Assembly: GCA_043826565.1 (NCBI GenBank)
Contig: JBDRPX010000033.1
Span: forward strand, 21,268-85,267
Length of the DNA: 64,000 bases
Reading direction: 5' to 3'
Source of the DNA: Candidatus Omnitrophota bacterium
GTDB lineage: Bacteria > Omnitrophota > Gorgyraeia > B26-G9
The translations under genes were made by a program, and so were the position numbers. Below are positions 48,695-58,066 of this stretch, piece after piece. How positions within the stretch are numbered: the stretch's first letter is position 1; every line of letters starts with the position of its first letter. The notes beneath the pieces were generated by a model. The model saw only the letters and a program-made list of their open reading frames with translations. It ran no database searches and was not told the DNA's origin.

Positions 48695-50410
48695 TTAAAA
48701 ATTTTTTTTAACCTTAAGCAAAACTTTGTCTTCCGCCTTTGAAGCGGTCGGCTCATCCTCTCTCCCGGATTTTAATGTACGCTGCCCTTCTACTGCCACA
48801 GTATCGGTAAATTTATAGTCACCGCCGATCTTTTGCACGGCAGCCCCGGCTTCTTTTTTCCCCGCCGGCTGAATAACTCCATATCGCAAAGTAGCCTTGT
48901 TCGTAATATCTTTGGTAATATCCAGCTCATTTTTTTTGCCGTCAGTTTGAAATAATACTTCATCTACCCCCATTTTCCGGGCTAATGAGTTCTGACCGGA
49001 ACCAAAAATAAAATAATCGACAAAATCACCGGCTAAATCCGGAGATATTTTTCCCGCTGATATTGATTTTTCCGCCATTTTCCAGCTTTGTCCGGTCGCA
49101 ATCATAACAAGCAATTTCCCTTCCGCTAAGACAGGAAAAGATGTCAGCCTTAACTCCGGATGATTCACGGTTCCCTCAACCGATATATTAATTTTTACTT
49201 TATTAACTTCAGCCTTCCCCTGGCAATGTAATTCCGGATTTTTTATATCCCCGCGAAATTTAAACCGGCTGGGTTGAATTTTAATTAATGCCGACTTTGT
49301 CTGTTTAATCTCTCCGTTTTTAATCCTTACCTCTCCGGTCATTCCAAGCTTATTCGGCAGGCCCCGAAATAAAAGATCAAAAATAATCGAGGACTTAGAC
49401 ATGACAAATCCGCTTCGCTTCAGAGAGTCAACGGTAACACTGCCGGAAATTTTCGGTTCCCTGATTTTGCCGCTAATTAAAATATCGAGATTGCTCAAAA
49501 ATCCTTTTAAATTTTTCACCGTTTCCGCTGATCCGGACAATTCTATAACTTTACTAACGCTTACATAATTAGAATATATTTTAGCATTAATATCTGAACC
49601 TGTTAGCATCCCGGAAAACAAAATGTGCCCGGAATCAGAAACTACTATTTTTCCTTCAGACACAGACACACTTATGTCTTCTATTCCGTTTCCCGGAAAA
49701 ACTATGGTAATTTCACCAATTTTTATAATGCTATCCGGCAGCTTTTCCGCCAGCATAATCGTATTATTAAAAGCTAATTCCCCATTAATATCAGAATGAG
49801 TAGATAAATTTAAAACTCTGCCCTGAATCCGGCACCTGGATTCCCGGACAGTAATCCCGCGGGAATAAGTATCTTTGATAAAAAAATTCCCTTTAACTTC
49901 AAAGTCGTTTAAAACCCCTTTAAGATCAAGTGTAATATCCGCTAAATCTCCGGATACGGCGATCCCCTGGAAACGCTCCGGCAGCAAAGTATTTAGCGTA
50001 TTAACATTGAGATGCTCTGCCTTAGCCCGAAACTCGACATTACCGTTCTTATACCTACCCTCAATAAAAATAATCTCACCTGATGGAGCGATCATTTGTG
50101 CTTTATCTATTTTAACACTTACATCTCTTATAAAACAGGGGAACTTTTCGACTAAAATACTTTCTGCTTTTAAAATATAGTTCGAAGGCATCCCCGTAAT
50201 TCCGGAAAGTTCTATGTTTTTTATTATTAAAGGGTCAAAAAAACCTCTTCTTTCCGGACTGAAACTAACTTTTTTACATTCAACAGTCCGGGACAAGACA
50301 AGAGATAGTATCATTCTTAACCCATTAGTTGTGCAAGATAAATAATAAACAACCAGGAAAGATATGCTGATGACCGCAAAGAAAATCACTACTTTTTTAT
50401 ATAATTTCAT
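48695..50410 (-). CDS. AsmA/TamB-like protein (N-terminal TM anchor, long beta-rich periplasmic region)
   Basis: 571 aa with repetitive beta-strand-rich composition. The family call rests on architecture only. Confidence 0.4.
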   Translation of the reverse strand: MKLYKKVVIFFAVISISFLVVYYLSCTTNGLRMILSLVLSRTVECKKVSFSPERRGFFDPLIIKNIELSGITGMPSNYILKAESILVEKFPCFIRDVSVKIDKAQMIAPSGEIIFIEGRYKNGNVEFRAKAEHLNVNTLNTLLPERFQGIAVSGDLADITLDLKGVLNDFEVKGNFFIKDTYSRGITVRESRCRIQGRVLNLSTHSDINGELAFNNTIMLAEKLPDSIIKIGEITIVFPGNGIEDISVSVSEGKIVVSDSGHILFSGMLTGSDINAKIYSNYVSVSKVIELSGSAETVKNLKGFLSNLDILISGKIREPKISGSVTVDSLKRSGFVMSKSSIIFDLLFRGLPNKLGMTGEVRIKNGEIKQTKSALIKIQPSRFKFRGDIKNPELHCQGKAEVNKVKINISVEGTVNHPELRLTSFPVLAEGKLLVMIATGQSWKMAEKSISAGKISPDLAGDFVDYFIFGSGQNSLARKMGVDEVLFQTDGKKNELDITKDITNKATLRYGVIQPAGKKEAGAAVQKIGGDYKFTDTVAVEGQRTLKSGREDEPTASKAEDKVLLKVKKNF

Positions 50411-50462
50411 ACATATTGTTTTTCTTATTAATTCTCAAAACTGCCGGCATCTTTTGTAATAT

Positions 50463-51314
50463 TTACGCAACAATAGAGATAATTTTGTTCTTCCCGGATT
50501 TTTTTGCTTTATACATCATATCATCAGCCGCGCTGATCATCTGTTCGACTGTATCCGGAACTGCTGTATAAGAAACCGCGCCGATACTGAATGTTACCGG
50601 AACCTTCTGCTCTTTCATCGCCTCGAGTAAATTCTGTCTCATTCGTTTTAAGACAATTTCACATTGCTCATGGTTTGTTTCCGGCATAAGTATAACAAAT
50701 TCATCCCCGCCCAAACGGGACGGGATATCAATGATCCGAATAGACCGTTTTATGTTATCGGCAACAATACGCAAAAGCTCATTACCCCGCTTATGCCCGA
50801 ATTTGTCATTAACAGTTTTAAAATTATCCAAATCAATATACGCGACCGATACACCGCGATTATAGCGCTTCGAACGGCTTATTTCTCCTTCGGCCAGCTC
50901 GGAAAAAAAACGAAAGTTCGCCAGTCCGGTCAAATAATCAATCCGCGAATAAGCCTTTTCCCTCTCCATGGTTTCTTTTAAAGCCGAAAGAAAAAACGCG
51001 ATGATCAGAAAAAAACTAAGCCGGATGACGGTATTCCAGATAAGGATAAAATAAGACTGAACGTTTCCCCGGGCCGCGACATCCGCGGTATACCAGACAA
51101 TCGCGCTGAAAACAGCTAAAACAATCCCCGGATCACGATGGCAAAACCAGATAAGCATGGTAATCGGTAATACATAAAAAATCGAAAACCCCAGGCGGTA
51201 TCCGGTATAATAGTCTAATACTCCCAGCAGAAGAACCATTATATACCCCAGTAATATAATAAACCCTTTGGGAATTTTTCTTATCTTTTCTTCTTGTTTT
51301 GCGAAATTTATCAT
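50463..51314 (-). CDS. Diguanylate cyclase (GGDEF) with an N-terminal membrane sensor domain
   Basis: RLGGDEFVIL active site with TM helices. Confidence 0.8.
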   Translation of the reverse strand: MINFAKQEEKIRKIPKGFIILLGYIMVLLLGVLDYYTGYRLGFSIFYVLPITMLIWFCHRDPGIVLAVFSAIVWYTADVAARGNVQSYFILIWNTVIRLSFFLIIAFFLSALKETMEREKAYSRIDYLTGLANFRFFSELAEGEISRSKRYNRGVSVAYIDLDNFKTVNDKFGHKRGNELLRIVADNIKRSIRIIDIPSRLGGDEFVILMPETNHEQCEIVLKRMRQNLLEAMKEQKVPVTFSIGAVSYTAVPDTVEQMISAADDMMYKAKKSGKNKIISIVA

Positions 51315-51321
51315 TTACGCC

Positions 51322-52446
51322 TTATAACCATTTTTTCCGTTTAAAATATACGATCATTACCCCGGCACTGCTAATCATTAACCCCCAGGCCATCAAATAC
51401 CCGTAACGCCAGCTGAGTTCCGGCATGTTCCACGGAGAAGATTCCGGGTTAAAATTCATCCCGAAAACACCGGCAATAAAAGTGATCGGAATAAATATTG
51501 TGGCGATAATCGTAAGTACTTTCATTACTTCATTCATTTTATTGCTGACGCTGGAAAGATATATATCGATCATCCCGGAAATCATATCCCGAAAAGTCTC
51601 AATACCATCAATAACCTGGATAGTATGATCATAGACATCCCGCAGATATATCTCCGTTGATTTTTTAATCAGTTTTGATTCCCCGCGGGCAAGACTGCTG
51701 ATCACTTCCCGCAAAGGCCAAACCGACTTCCTTAAAAACAAGGCTTCCTGCTTTAAATTATAGATCATTTGAAGTATTTTAGGTTCCGGATTCTGCATGA
51801 GTTCTTCTTCTATGCCTTCAACCCGATCACCCATATTTTCGATGATCATAAAATAATTATCCACAATCGCGTCGATCAATGTATACGCAAGATAATCCGC
51901 GCCCATTTTCCTTAGCCGGCCTTTATTGCTCCGGATGCGCTCACGTACTTTATAAAAAACATCACCTTCCCTCTCCTGAAAGGATAAAACATAATTTTTC
52001 CCCAAAACGAGGCTAACCTGTTCCGACTTAATCTCTTTGGAATCATTTTCAATATAAAGCATTTTAAGCACAATAAAAATATACTCCTCGGTCTCATCGA
52101 TCTTAGGGCGCTGGGAAGTATTCGGAATATCTTCGAGCACCAGAGGATGAATATTAAACCCCTGCCCCAAAGTTTCAATAACCGATAAATCATGAATACC
52201 ATTAATATTTATCCAGGTAACTGCAGAGGTATCTTTAAATACGGCACATTCTTTGGCTAAAACCGCGTCTCTTTCCTCCAAGGAATTTTCCGTATAGTCA
52301 ATAATAGAAATATTTACAGATTCACTTCGTTTATTGCCGATATGAACCAGCTCTCCCGGGAGCAACCCTGCTGATTTTGATGTTTTATTTCGAAATCTTG
52401 CCATAACCTTCTCCTTTATACAATTACTCTTTACATGCTGCCGCAA
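51322..52446 (-). CDS. corA: Magnesium/cobalt transporter CorA
   Basis: C-terminal TM segment with GVFGMNF (the GMN motif). Confidence 0.85.
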   Translation of the reverse strand: MRQHVKSNCIKEKVMARFRNKTSKSAGLLPGELVHIGNKRSESVNISIIDYTENSLEERDAVLAKECAVFKDTSAVTWININGIHDLSVIETLGQGFNIHPLVLEDIPNTSQRPKIDETEEYIFIVLKMLYIENDSKEIKSEQVSLVLGKNYVLSFQEREGDVFYKVRERIRSNKGRLRKMGADYLAYTLIDAIVDNYFMIIENMGDRVEGIEEELMQNPEPKILQMIYNLKQEALFLRKSVWPLREVISSLARGESKLIKKSTEIYLRDVYDHTIQVIDGIETFRDMISGMIDIYLSSVSNKMNEVMKVLTIIATIFIPITFIAGVFGMNFNPESSPWNMPELSWRYGYLMAWGLMISSAGVMIVYFKRKKWL

Positions 52447-54709
52447 TTTGACCTAAAGAGATACCTCCGTCATTAGGCGGCACCCGCTGATGCCAATACA
52501 CCAGAAATTTCTCCTGCCTTAATCTTTTCACCGTATGTTCCGTAAGATATTTATTCTGAAAACATCCGCCGCTTAAAACCACCTTTTCCATCCCGGCCCC
52601 CTTAGCAACAGTAATGATTATTTCCGTTAAGGTATTATGGAACTTTGCGGCGATTATTTCTTTAGGGATTTTTTTCTCCAGATCAATCAATATTTCCTTT
52701 ATGATCACGCTGTGATCGACACAAAACGCAGACGCCGGATAATCCGGATCTATTCTTTTTACAACAAGAGAATATCTTTGATCAATATCTTTATCAATGG
52801 TCAGAAATTCCAGAGCCATTGCCGCCTGGCCTTCAAACTGAGCAATCTGACGAACCCCGATTATCGAAGCAACAGCATCAAACAAACGGCCGGCACTTGA
52901 AGTTAAAGGAGAGTTTATTTTTTTCTCAAGAACTACCTGCATATTTTTTAACTCTGCGTCAGTAAATGCCTTAACTGTGTTTAGTTCCCTCATTTCAAAA
53001 AGATCTTCTCCGAATATTTCATATAATAACCCCAGCGCAGTCCGCCGCGGCTCTCTTACCGCCTTGTTTGCGCCGGGGAGGTAAAACGGTTTAAAATAAG
53101 CAACCCGTTCAAAAGACTTATCATTAATTTTTAAAAATTCCCCCCCCCAAACAGTTCGATCCGTTCCATAACCTGTCCCATCCCAGCAAACACCTAAGAC
53201 CGGAGGAGTTAATTCGTTTTCCGCCATGCAGGAAAGCACGTGCGCATAATGATGCTGTACCTCCAGTACCGGCAAGCCGCTATGCAAAGCAAATTGTGTC
53301 GATCGATAGCGCGGATGCAGATCACAAACTACTTTTTTAAAATCAAGCTCATACATATTACGAAAATCATCAATAATCGTATTAAAAGTATTAAATGTTT
53401 TTTCCGTATCCAAGTCTCCGATATGCTGACTAATAAAAACATTTTTCCCGGAACTCACCGCAATCGTATTTTTTAAATGCCCGCCCACCGCCAGCATAGT
53501 ATCTTTTACCGGACTTTTTAACATCACCGGAAGCGGCGCATACCCACGCGCCCGGCGCATCATGATTTCCCTTCCGGAAAAAATCCGGACAATGGAATCA
53601 TCAACATGCCGGGCAATCGGCCGGTTATGAACTAGAAATATATCGGCAATAGAACTCAGATATTTCAAAGCCTCGTTTTCTTGAAAGCAAATAGTTTCAT
53701 CACTCATATTTCCGCTTGTGGCCACAACCGGAAAATTAAGCATCCGCATAAGTATGTGATGTAACGGAGTATACGGTATCATTACTCCCAAATAAGGATT
53801 ATCCGGAGCAATAGATTCCGGCAAAGAACAAGTAACTCTTTTGCGGACAAGTACAATCGGTGCTTCTGATGAACTAAGCAGCCTTTCTTCATAATCAGAC
53901 AGAGCACAATCACTTTGAATAGCTTCTAAGGAAGGATACATCAGCGCTAATGGTTTTGCTTCACGATTTTTACGATACCGCAGGTTTTTTACAGCTTCTT
54001 CATTGCGGGCATCAGCCATCAGGTGAAAACCCCCTAATCCTTTTACCGCGACAATAAGCCCGTCACGTAATCCTTGAGCTGTCTTTGCCATGGCCTCCTG
54101 GTGAGTAGCTGCTACAGCTCCTGCCTTATCCCACAGGCTCACATAAGGACCGCATTCCGGACACGCATTAGGCTGCGCGTGAAAACGCCGGTCCTGGGGA
54201 TTATTATATTCTTGCGCACAATGCGGGCACATGGAAAACCCTTTCATTGTAGTATTAGGCCGGTCATAAGGAAGTGATTCAATAATACTATAGCGTGGGC
54301 CGCAATTAGTACAATTTGTAAAGGGATACAGATACCTGCGGGAAGATGAATTAAAAACATCTTTAAGGCAATCTGGGCACGTCGCAATATCCGGAAGAAT
54401 AATCGCTGTTTTCTCTCCGGAACTGCTTTCTAAGATCTCAAAGGACGCATAGCCGGTTTTATCAAAAAATGCCGGTTCTAAGCTTTGAATAAACGCATGC
54501 TGCGGTTTTTCTTTTCCAATCCGCAGTAAAAAATTGTCCAGCTGTTCTTTTCTGCCTTCAGCCTCAATAACAACACCCTGGCTGGAATTCAAAACCCATC
54601 CGGTAAGTTCTAATTCTTTGGCCAGCCGATAGATAAACGGCCGGAATCCCACCCCCTGCACAGCTCCTTGAATGGATATACGTAACCTAGTAATAGTAAT
54701 ATCGTCCAT
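52424..54709 (-). CDS. hypF: [NiFe] hydrogenase maturation carbamoyltransferase HypF
   Basis: 761 aa with acylphosphatase, two CxxC Zn-finger pairs, YrdC and Kae1-like domains. Confidence 0.9.
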   Translation of the reverse strand: MDDITITRLRISIQGAVQGVGFRPFIYRLAKELELTGWVLNSSQGVVIEAEGRKEQLDNFLLRIGKEKPQHAFIQSLEPAFFDKTGYASFEILESSSGEKTAIILPDIATCPDCLKDVFNSSSRRYLYPFTNCTNCGPRYSIIESLPYDRPNTTMKGFSMCPHCAQEYNNPQDRRFHAQPNACPECGPYVSLWDKAGAVAATHQEAMAKTAQGLRDGLIVAVKGLGGFHLMADARNEEAVKNLRYRKNREAKPLALMYPSLEAIQSDCALSDYEERLLSSSEAPIVLVRKRVTCSLPESIAPDNPYLGVMIPYTPLHHILMRMLNFPVVATSGNMSDETICFQENEALKYLSSIADIFLVHNRPIARHVDDSIVRIFSGREIMMRRARGYAPLPVMLKSPVKDTMLAVGGHLKNTIAVSSGKNVFISQHIGDLDTEKTFNTFNTIIDDFRNMYELDFKKVVCDLHPRYRSTQFALHSGLPVLEVQHHYAHVLSCMAENELTPPVLGVCWDGTGYGTDRTVWGGEFLKINDKSFERVAYFKPFYLPGANKAVREPRRTALGLLYEIFGEDLFEMRELNTVKAFTDAELKNMQVVLEKKINSPLTSSAGRLFDAVASIIGVRQIAQFEGQAAMALEFLTIDKDIDQRYSLVVKRIDPDYPASAFCVDHSVIIKEILIDLEKKIPKEIIAAKFHNTLTEIIITVAKGAGMEKVVLSGGCFQNKYLTEHTVKRLRQEKFLVYWHQRVPPNDGGISLGQIAAACKE

Positions 54710-54767
54710 AGTAACTACAATACACGAATCAGGCAGGGATAGTCAATAATTAGATATAATCCGCAGG

Positions 54768-55238
54768 TTATTTAATTTCTACAAATTTTTTATTAAGCAA
54801 AGCGGTTTTAATAAATTCTTTGGCTTTTTTTAGGTTTTCCGCTGCTGCCGGAGAAAGCCCCTGACCGAATTCATTGAATTCATAACCGCGTATTCCCAAG
54901 GCATACCCTTGTGTTTTAGCGCTGAATAACTCCTGCGCTAAACCCAGAACTGCTTCCGGCTCCACACTATGACTGGTAAAACTCATTCCCGCTTTAGGTT
55001 CTATTCTGGTAAAAAAGAACGGCTCTCTTCCGTTTACCGAAGCATCAGCAAATATGACTACATCATGTTTAGCCGCATCCGCGGCATCTTCAACCGTTAA
55101 TTGATAGTCAGCGTCTACAGTTACCTCCGGGATATTCTCCGCTTCGATCTCCTCGGCCAATGCCGGCCCAAGTCCGTCATCCAGCCTTCCCGGGTTACCA
55201 TAACCGATTAACAAGACTTTTTTCGGTTCTGCGGCCAT
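54768..55238 (-). CDS. hoxW: Hydrogenase maturation endopeptidase (HoxW/HybD family)
   Basis: LLIGYGNPGRLDDGLG motif. Confidence 0.75.
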   Translation of the reverse strand: MAAEPKKVLLIGYGNPGRLDDGLGPALAEEIEAENIPEVTVDADYQLTVEDAADAAKHDVVIFADASVNGREPFFFTRIEPKAGMSFTSHSVEPEAVLGLAQELFSAKTQGYALGIRGYEFNEFGQGLSPAAAENLKKAKEFIKTALLNKKFVEIK

Positions 55239-55239
55239 A

Positions 55240-56682
55240 TTATTTTGCCTTTTGATCGATCAATTGCCCTTTACTATCATAAAGACTAACAATCAGCGGC
55301 ATTTTTCCCATAGCATGTGTCGCGCAGGAAAGACAAGGATCATAAGCACGGATAGCCACTTCCACACGATTCAATAATCCTTCGGTAATTTTCTTCTTTC
55401 CGCTCAAATGATCTTTAGCCACTTTCTCAACCGCACGGTTCATCGGTTCGTTATTACTGGTTGTGGAAACAATAAGATTAGCCATGGTTACCTGATCGTT
55501 CTTATCAACTTTATAATGATGGAAAAGTGTTCCGCGCGGAGCTTCAATAATTGCTACTGCTTCTTCTCTGCGCTTACCCTTAACTACCAGATCTTTTCCC
55601 TGCAGATCTTTATCATTAAGCAATTCCTTGATCTTCTCGATCGAATGCAAAGTTTCGATCATGCGGGTCCAATGGTAGGCCATCGTAATATTATTCGGCT
55701 TACCTTTGGTGAGAACCATAAATTCTTTACGCTCGGCTTCCGCTTCCGGAGTATCAATAAAATCACAAATATTAACTCTGGCCAAAGGCCCGACACGATA
55801 CCATCCTTTTTCCGGCCCGATAGATTTAATGAACGGAAACTTCATGTATGACCAGGAACGAACTTCTTCAGCGATATACTTCAGATAATCCTGCGGATTG
55901 ACCTGATCAAATATCTTTTTTCCTTCTGAGTCAACCGCACGTAAATTTCCATCATAAAGATCCATACACCCGTCTTTACGGACTAACCCTAAATGACTGG
56001 AATCAAAAGATCCAAAAGGCGCGATATCTTCGAGATTTTCCATGGTGTAATCTTTCGCGATTTTCAATCCGGCTCTGGCCCATTTAATCATCTGGTCAAT
56101 ATCTTTTAAAAACACATCCCGTTCGGCAATCGAAAGATTCTTGTTTATCCCTCCGGGAATTGCTCCGGTTCCATGAATCTTTTTTCCGGCAGTCGCTTTA
56201 ATGATCTCCTGACCATATTTTCTCATCATTACCGCCTGTACAGCCAGATCCGGAAACTTCTGCGCCACCCCGATAACATTACGAATCGCCGGATCAGCAT
56301 CAAACCCAAATAAAAGATCCGGAGAAACCAGGTGAAAGAAATGCAGCACATGAGACTGGAAGGTCTGTCCATAATGCATCAGCCGGCGCATCTTTTCCGC
56401 AGTAGGAGTAAGCTTCTCTCCGCCGACAATACGATCCATAGCTTTTGCCGCGGCCAAATGATGGCTTACCGGACAAATACCGCACAATCTTTGCACCAAT
56501 ACCGGGATTTCCCAGTAAGGACGGCCTTGGACAAAACGTTCAAAACCGCGGAATTCAACAATATGCAATCGTGCCTGCTTAACCTGATTTTTCTCGTCAA
56601 GCAAAATGGATACTTTCCCATGTCCTTCGACACGGGTTACCGGTTCAATAACTATTCTTTTTAATTTAGTACTCACGTTCAT
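55240..56682 (-). CDS. hoxH: [NiFe] hydrogenase large subunit, group 3 (NAD-linked bidirectional type)
   Basis: N-terminal RVEGHG and C-terminal DPCLSCATH Ni-Fe ligand motifs. Confidence 0.85.
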   Translation of the reverse strand: MNVSTKLKRIVIEPVTRVEGHGKVSILLDEKNQVKQARLHIVEFRGFERFVQGRPYWEIPVLVQRLCGICPVSHHLAAAKAMDRIVGGEKLTPTAEKMRRLMHYGQTFQSHVLHFFHLVSPDLLFGFDADPAIRNVIGVAQKFPDLAVQAVMMRKYGQEIIKATAGKKIHGTGAIPGGINKNLSIAERDVFLKDIDQMIKWARAGLKIAKDYTMENLEDIAPFGSFDSSHLGLVRKDGCMDLYDGNLRAVDSEGKKIFDQVNPQDYLKYIAEEVRSWSYMKFPFIKSIGPEKGWYRVGPLARVNICDFIDTPEAEAERKEFMVLTKGKPNNITMAYHWTRMIETLHSIEKIKELLNDKDLQGKDLVVKGKRREEAVAIIEAPRGTLFHHYKVDKNDQVTMANLIVSTTSNNEPMNRAVEKVAKDHLSGKKKITEGLLNRVEVAIRAYDPCLSCATHAMGKMPLIVSLYDSKGQLIDQKAK

Positions 56683-56696
56683 TACTCCATTCTTTA

Positions 56697-57242
56697 TTAA
56701 TCGTATTTTATCAACTCATACGGCAGTTCCAGCGGCTTATTAGTTAATAAGGCCACCAACGCTGCCCACAATGTATCCGCGCTCGGCGGACAGCCGGGCA
56801 GGTGATAATCCATCTTTACAACATGATGACAAGGATACACATTATTAAGAATAAGCGGGATTTCCTTGTCATTCGGAATTATCTTTTTCGGATTATATAC
56901 TGTCGGCCCGTTAAGATATGCCTCATCAAAACATTCTTTGAGCGCAATACCGTTACGCATGGCCGGAATTCCTCCGTTAATCGCGCAATCGCCCACCGAA
57001 ATCATAATATCGCAATTTTCACGAAAGTATTGAAGAACATGCACGTTTTCTTCATTACAACATCCACCTTCAATAAGTCCGACCAAACATCTGCCGGTAA
57101 ACTTTTTTATATCATTGATCGGTGATTTGTCAAATTGGATCAGTTCAACAAGTTTCAGGATACGCTCATCTATATCCAGTAAGGACATGTGGCATCCGAA
57201 ACATCCGGCAAGTGACGCAGTAGCAACTTTAGGTTTTCCCAT
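56697..57242 (-). CDS. hoxY: [NiFe] hydrogenase small subunit (group 3, HoxY-like)
   Basis: ASLAGCFGCHMSLLD proximal-cluster motif; 181 aa. Confidence 0.8.
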   Translation of the reverse strand: MGKPKVATASLAGCFGCHMSLLDIDERILKLVELIQFDKSPINDIKKFTGRCLVGLIEGGCCNEENVHVLQYFRENCDIMISVGDCAINGGIPAMRNGIALKECFDEAYLNGPTVYNPKKIIPNDKEIPLILNNVYPCHHVVKMDYHLPGCPPSADTLWAALVALLTNKPLELPYELIKYD

Positions 57243-57269
57243 TTTAATCTACCTTTTTCCTGTGTTATG

Positions 57270-57995
57270 TTAAATTATACCAAATATCTTTTTTTTCTTT
57301 TTTTCAATATCTGAACCGATCGGCTCTTTATCGTAAAGACGCTCGCCTATCGGAACCGCAAATCCGATACGTTTTTTAATAATCGCTCCGACCGGACAAA
57401 CTTCCATAGCCTTATCCGTAACTTTAGCATTAGTATCCGCCAGTTTTGCTTCGGAGTTAACGGCAATTTTCTTTTCATTTCCGCGCCCGATGAACTCAAA
57501 CACTCCTTTACCGTCAATATCCCGGGATGCTTCCACGCAACGGCCGCATAAAATACAACGGTTACGATCAATAAAAATATCCGGATGCGATCCGTCAAGA
57601 TCCCGAACCGGGAATTGGTACGGATATTTTGGAGCGCATATACCTAAACGATAAGCCATGGCCTGCAATTCACAATTACCGCTTTTTTCACATATCATGC
57701 AATAGTGATTGCCTTCGACAAAAAGCATATCCACAATATCACGGCGATAACTCTGTATTTTTTCAGTTTCATTTTCAACAATAATTCCTTCAGCTATCGG
57801 CTGAGTACAGGCTGACTGCGGCCGTCCGTTTACCATAACCGTACATACCCGGCAGCTGCCGTGCGGTATGAGATCTTTCATGTAACACAAACGCGGTATA
57901 TAGACACCCGCCTCATCCGCTGCCTGCATAATGGTCTGTCCGGCAGTTCCCGTTACCTTAACACCATCAATTGTAAATGGGATTTTTTTTGTCAT
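57270..57995 (-). CDS. hoxU: Diaphorase Fe-S subunit HoxU-like (2Fe-2S plus 4Fe-4S, NuoG N-terminal-like)
   Basis: CYMKDLIPHGSCRVC plus CILCGRCVEAS. Confidence 0.75.
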   Translation of the reverse strand: MTKKIPFTIDGVKVTGTAGQTIMQAADEAGVYIPRLCYMKDLIPHGSCRVCTVMVNGRPQSACTQPIAEGIIVENETEKIQSYRRDIVDMLFVEGNHYCMICEKSGNCELQAMAYRLGICAPKYPYQFPVRDLDGSHPDIFIDRNRCILCGRCVEASRDIDGKGVFEFIGRGNEKKIAVNSEAKLADTNAKVTDKAMEVCPVGAIIKKRIGFAVPIGERLYDKEPIGSDIEKKKKKIFGII

Positions 57996-58066
57996 AACCT
58001 TCCTATCTTTCCTAACTTTTATTATATTTTTGTCTCGCTACTTGCTACTCTCTACTCGCTACTCTA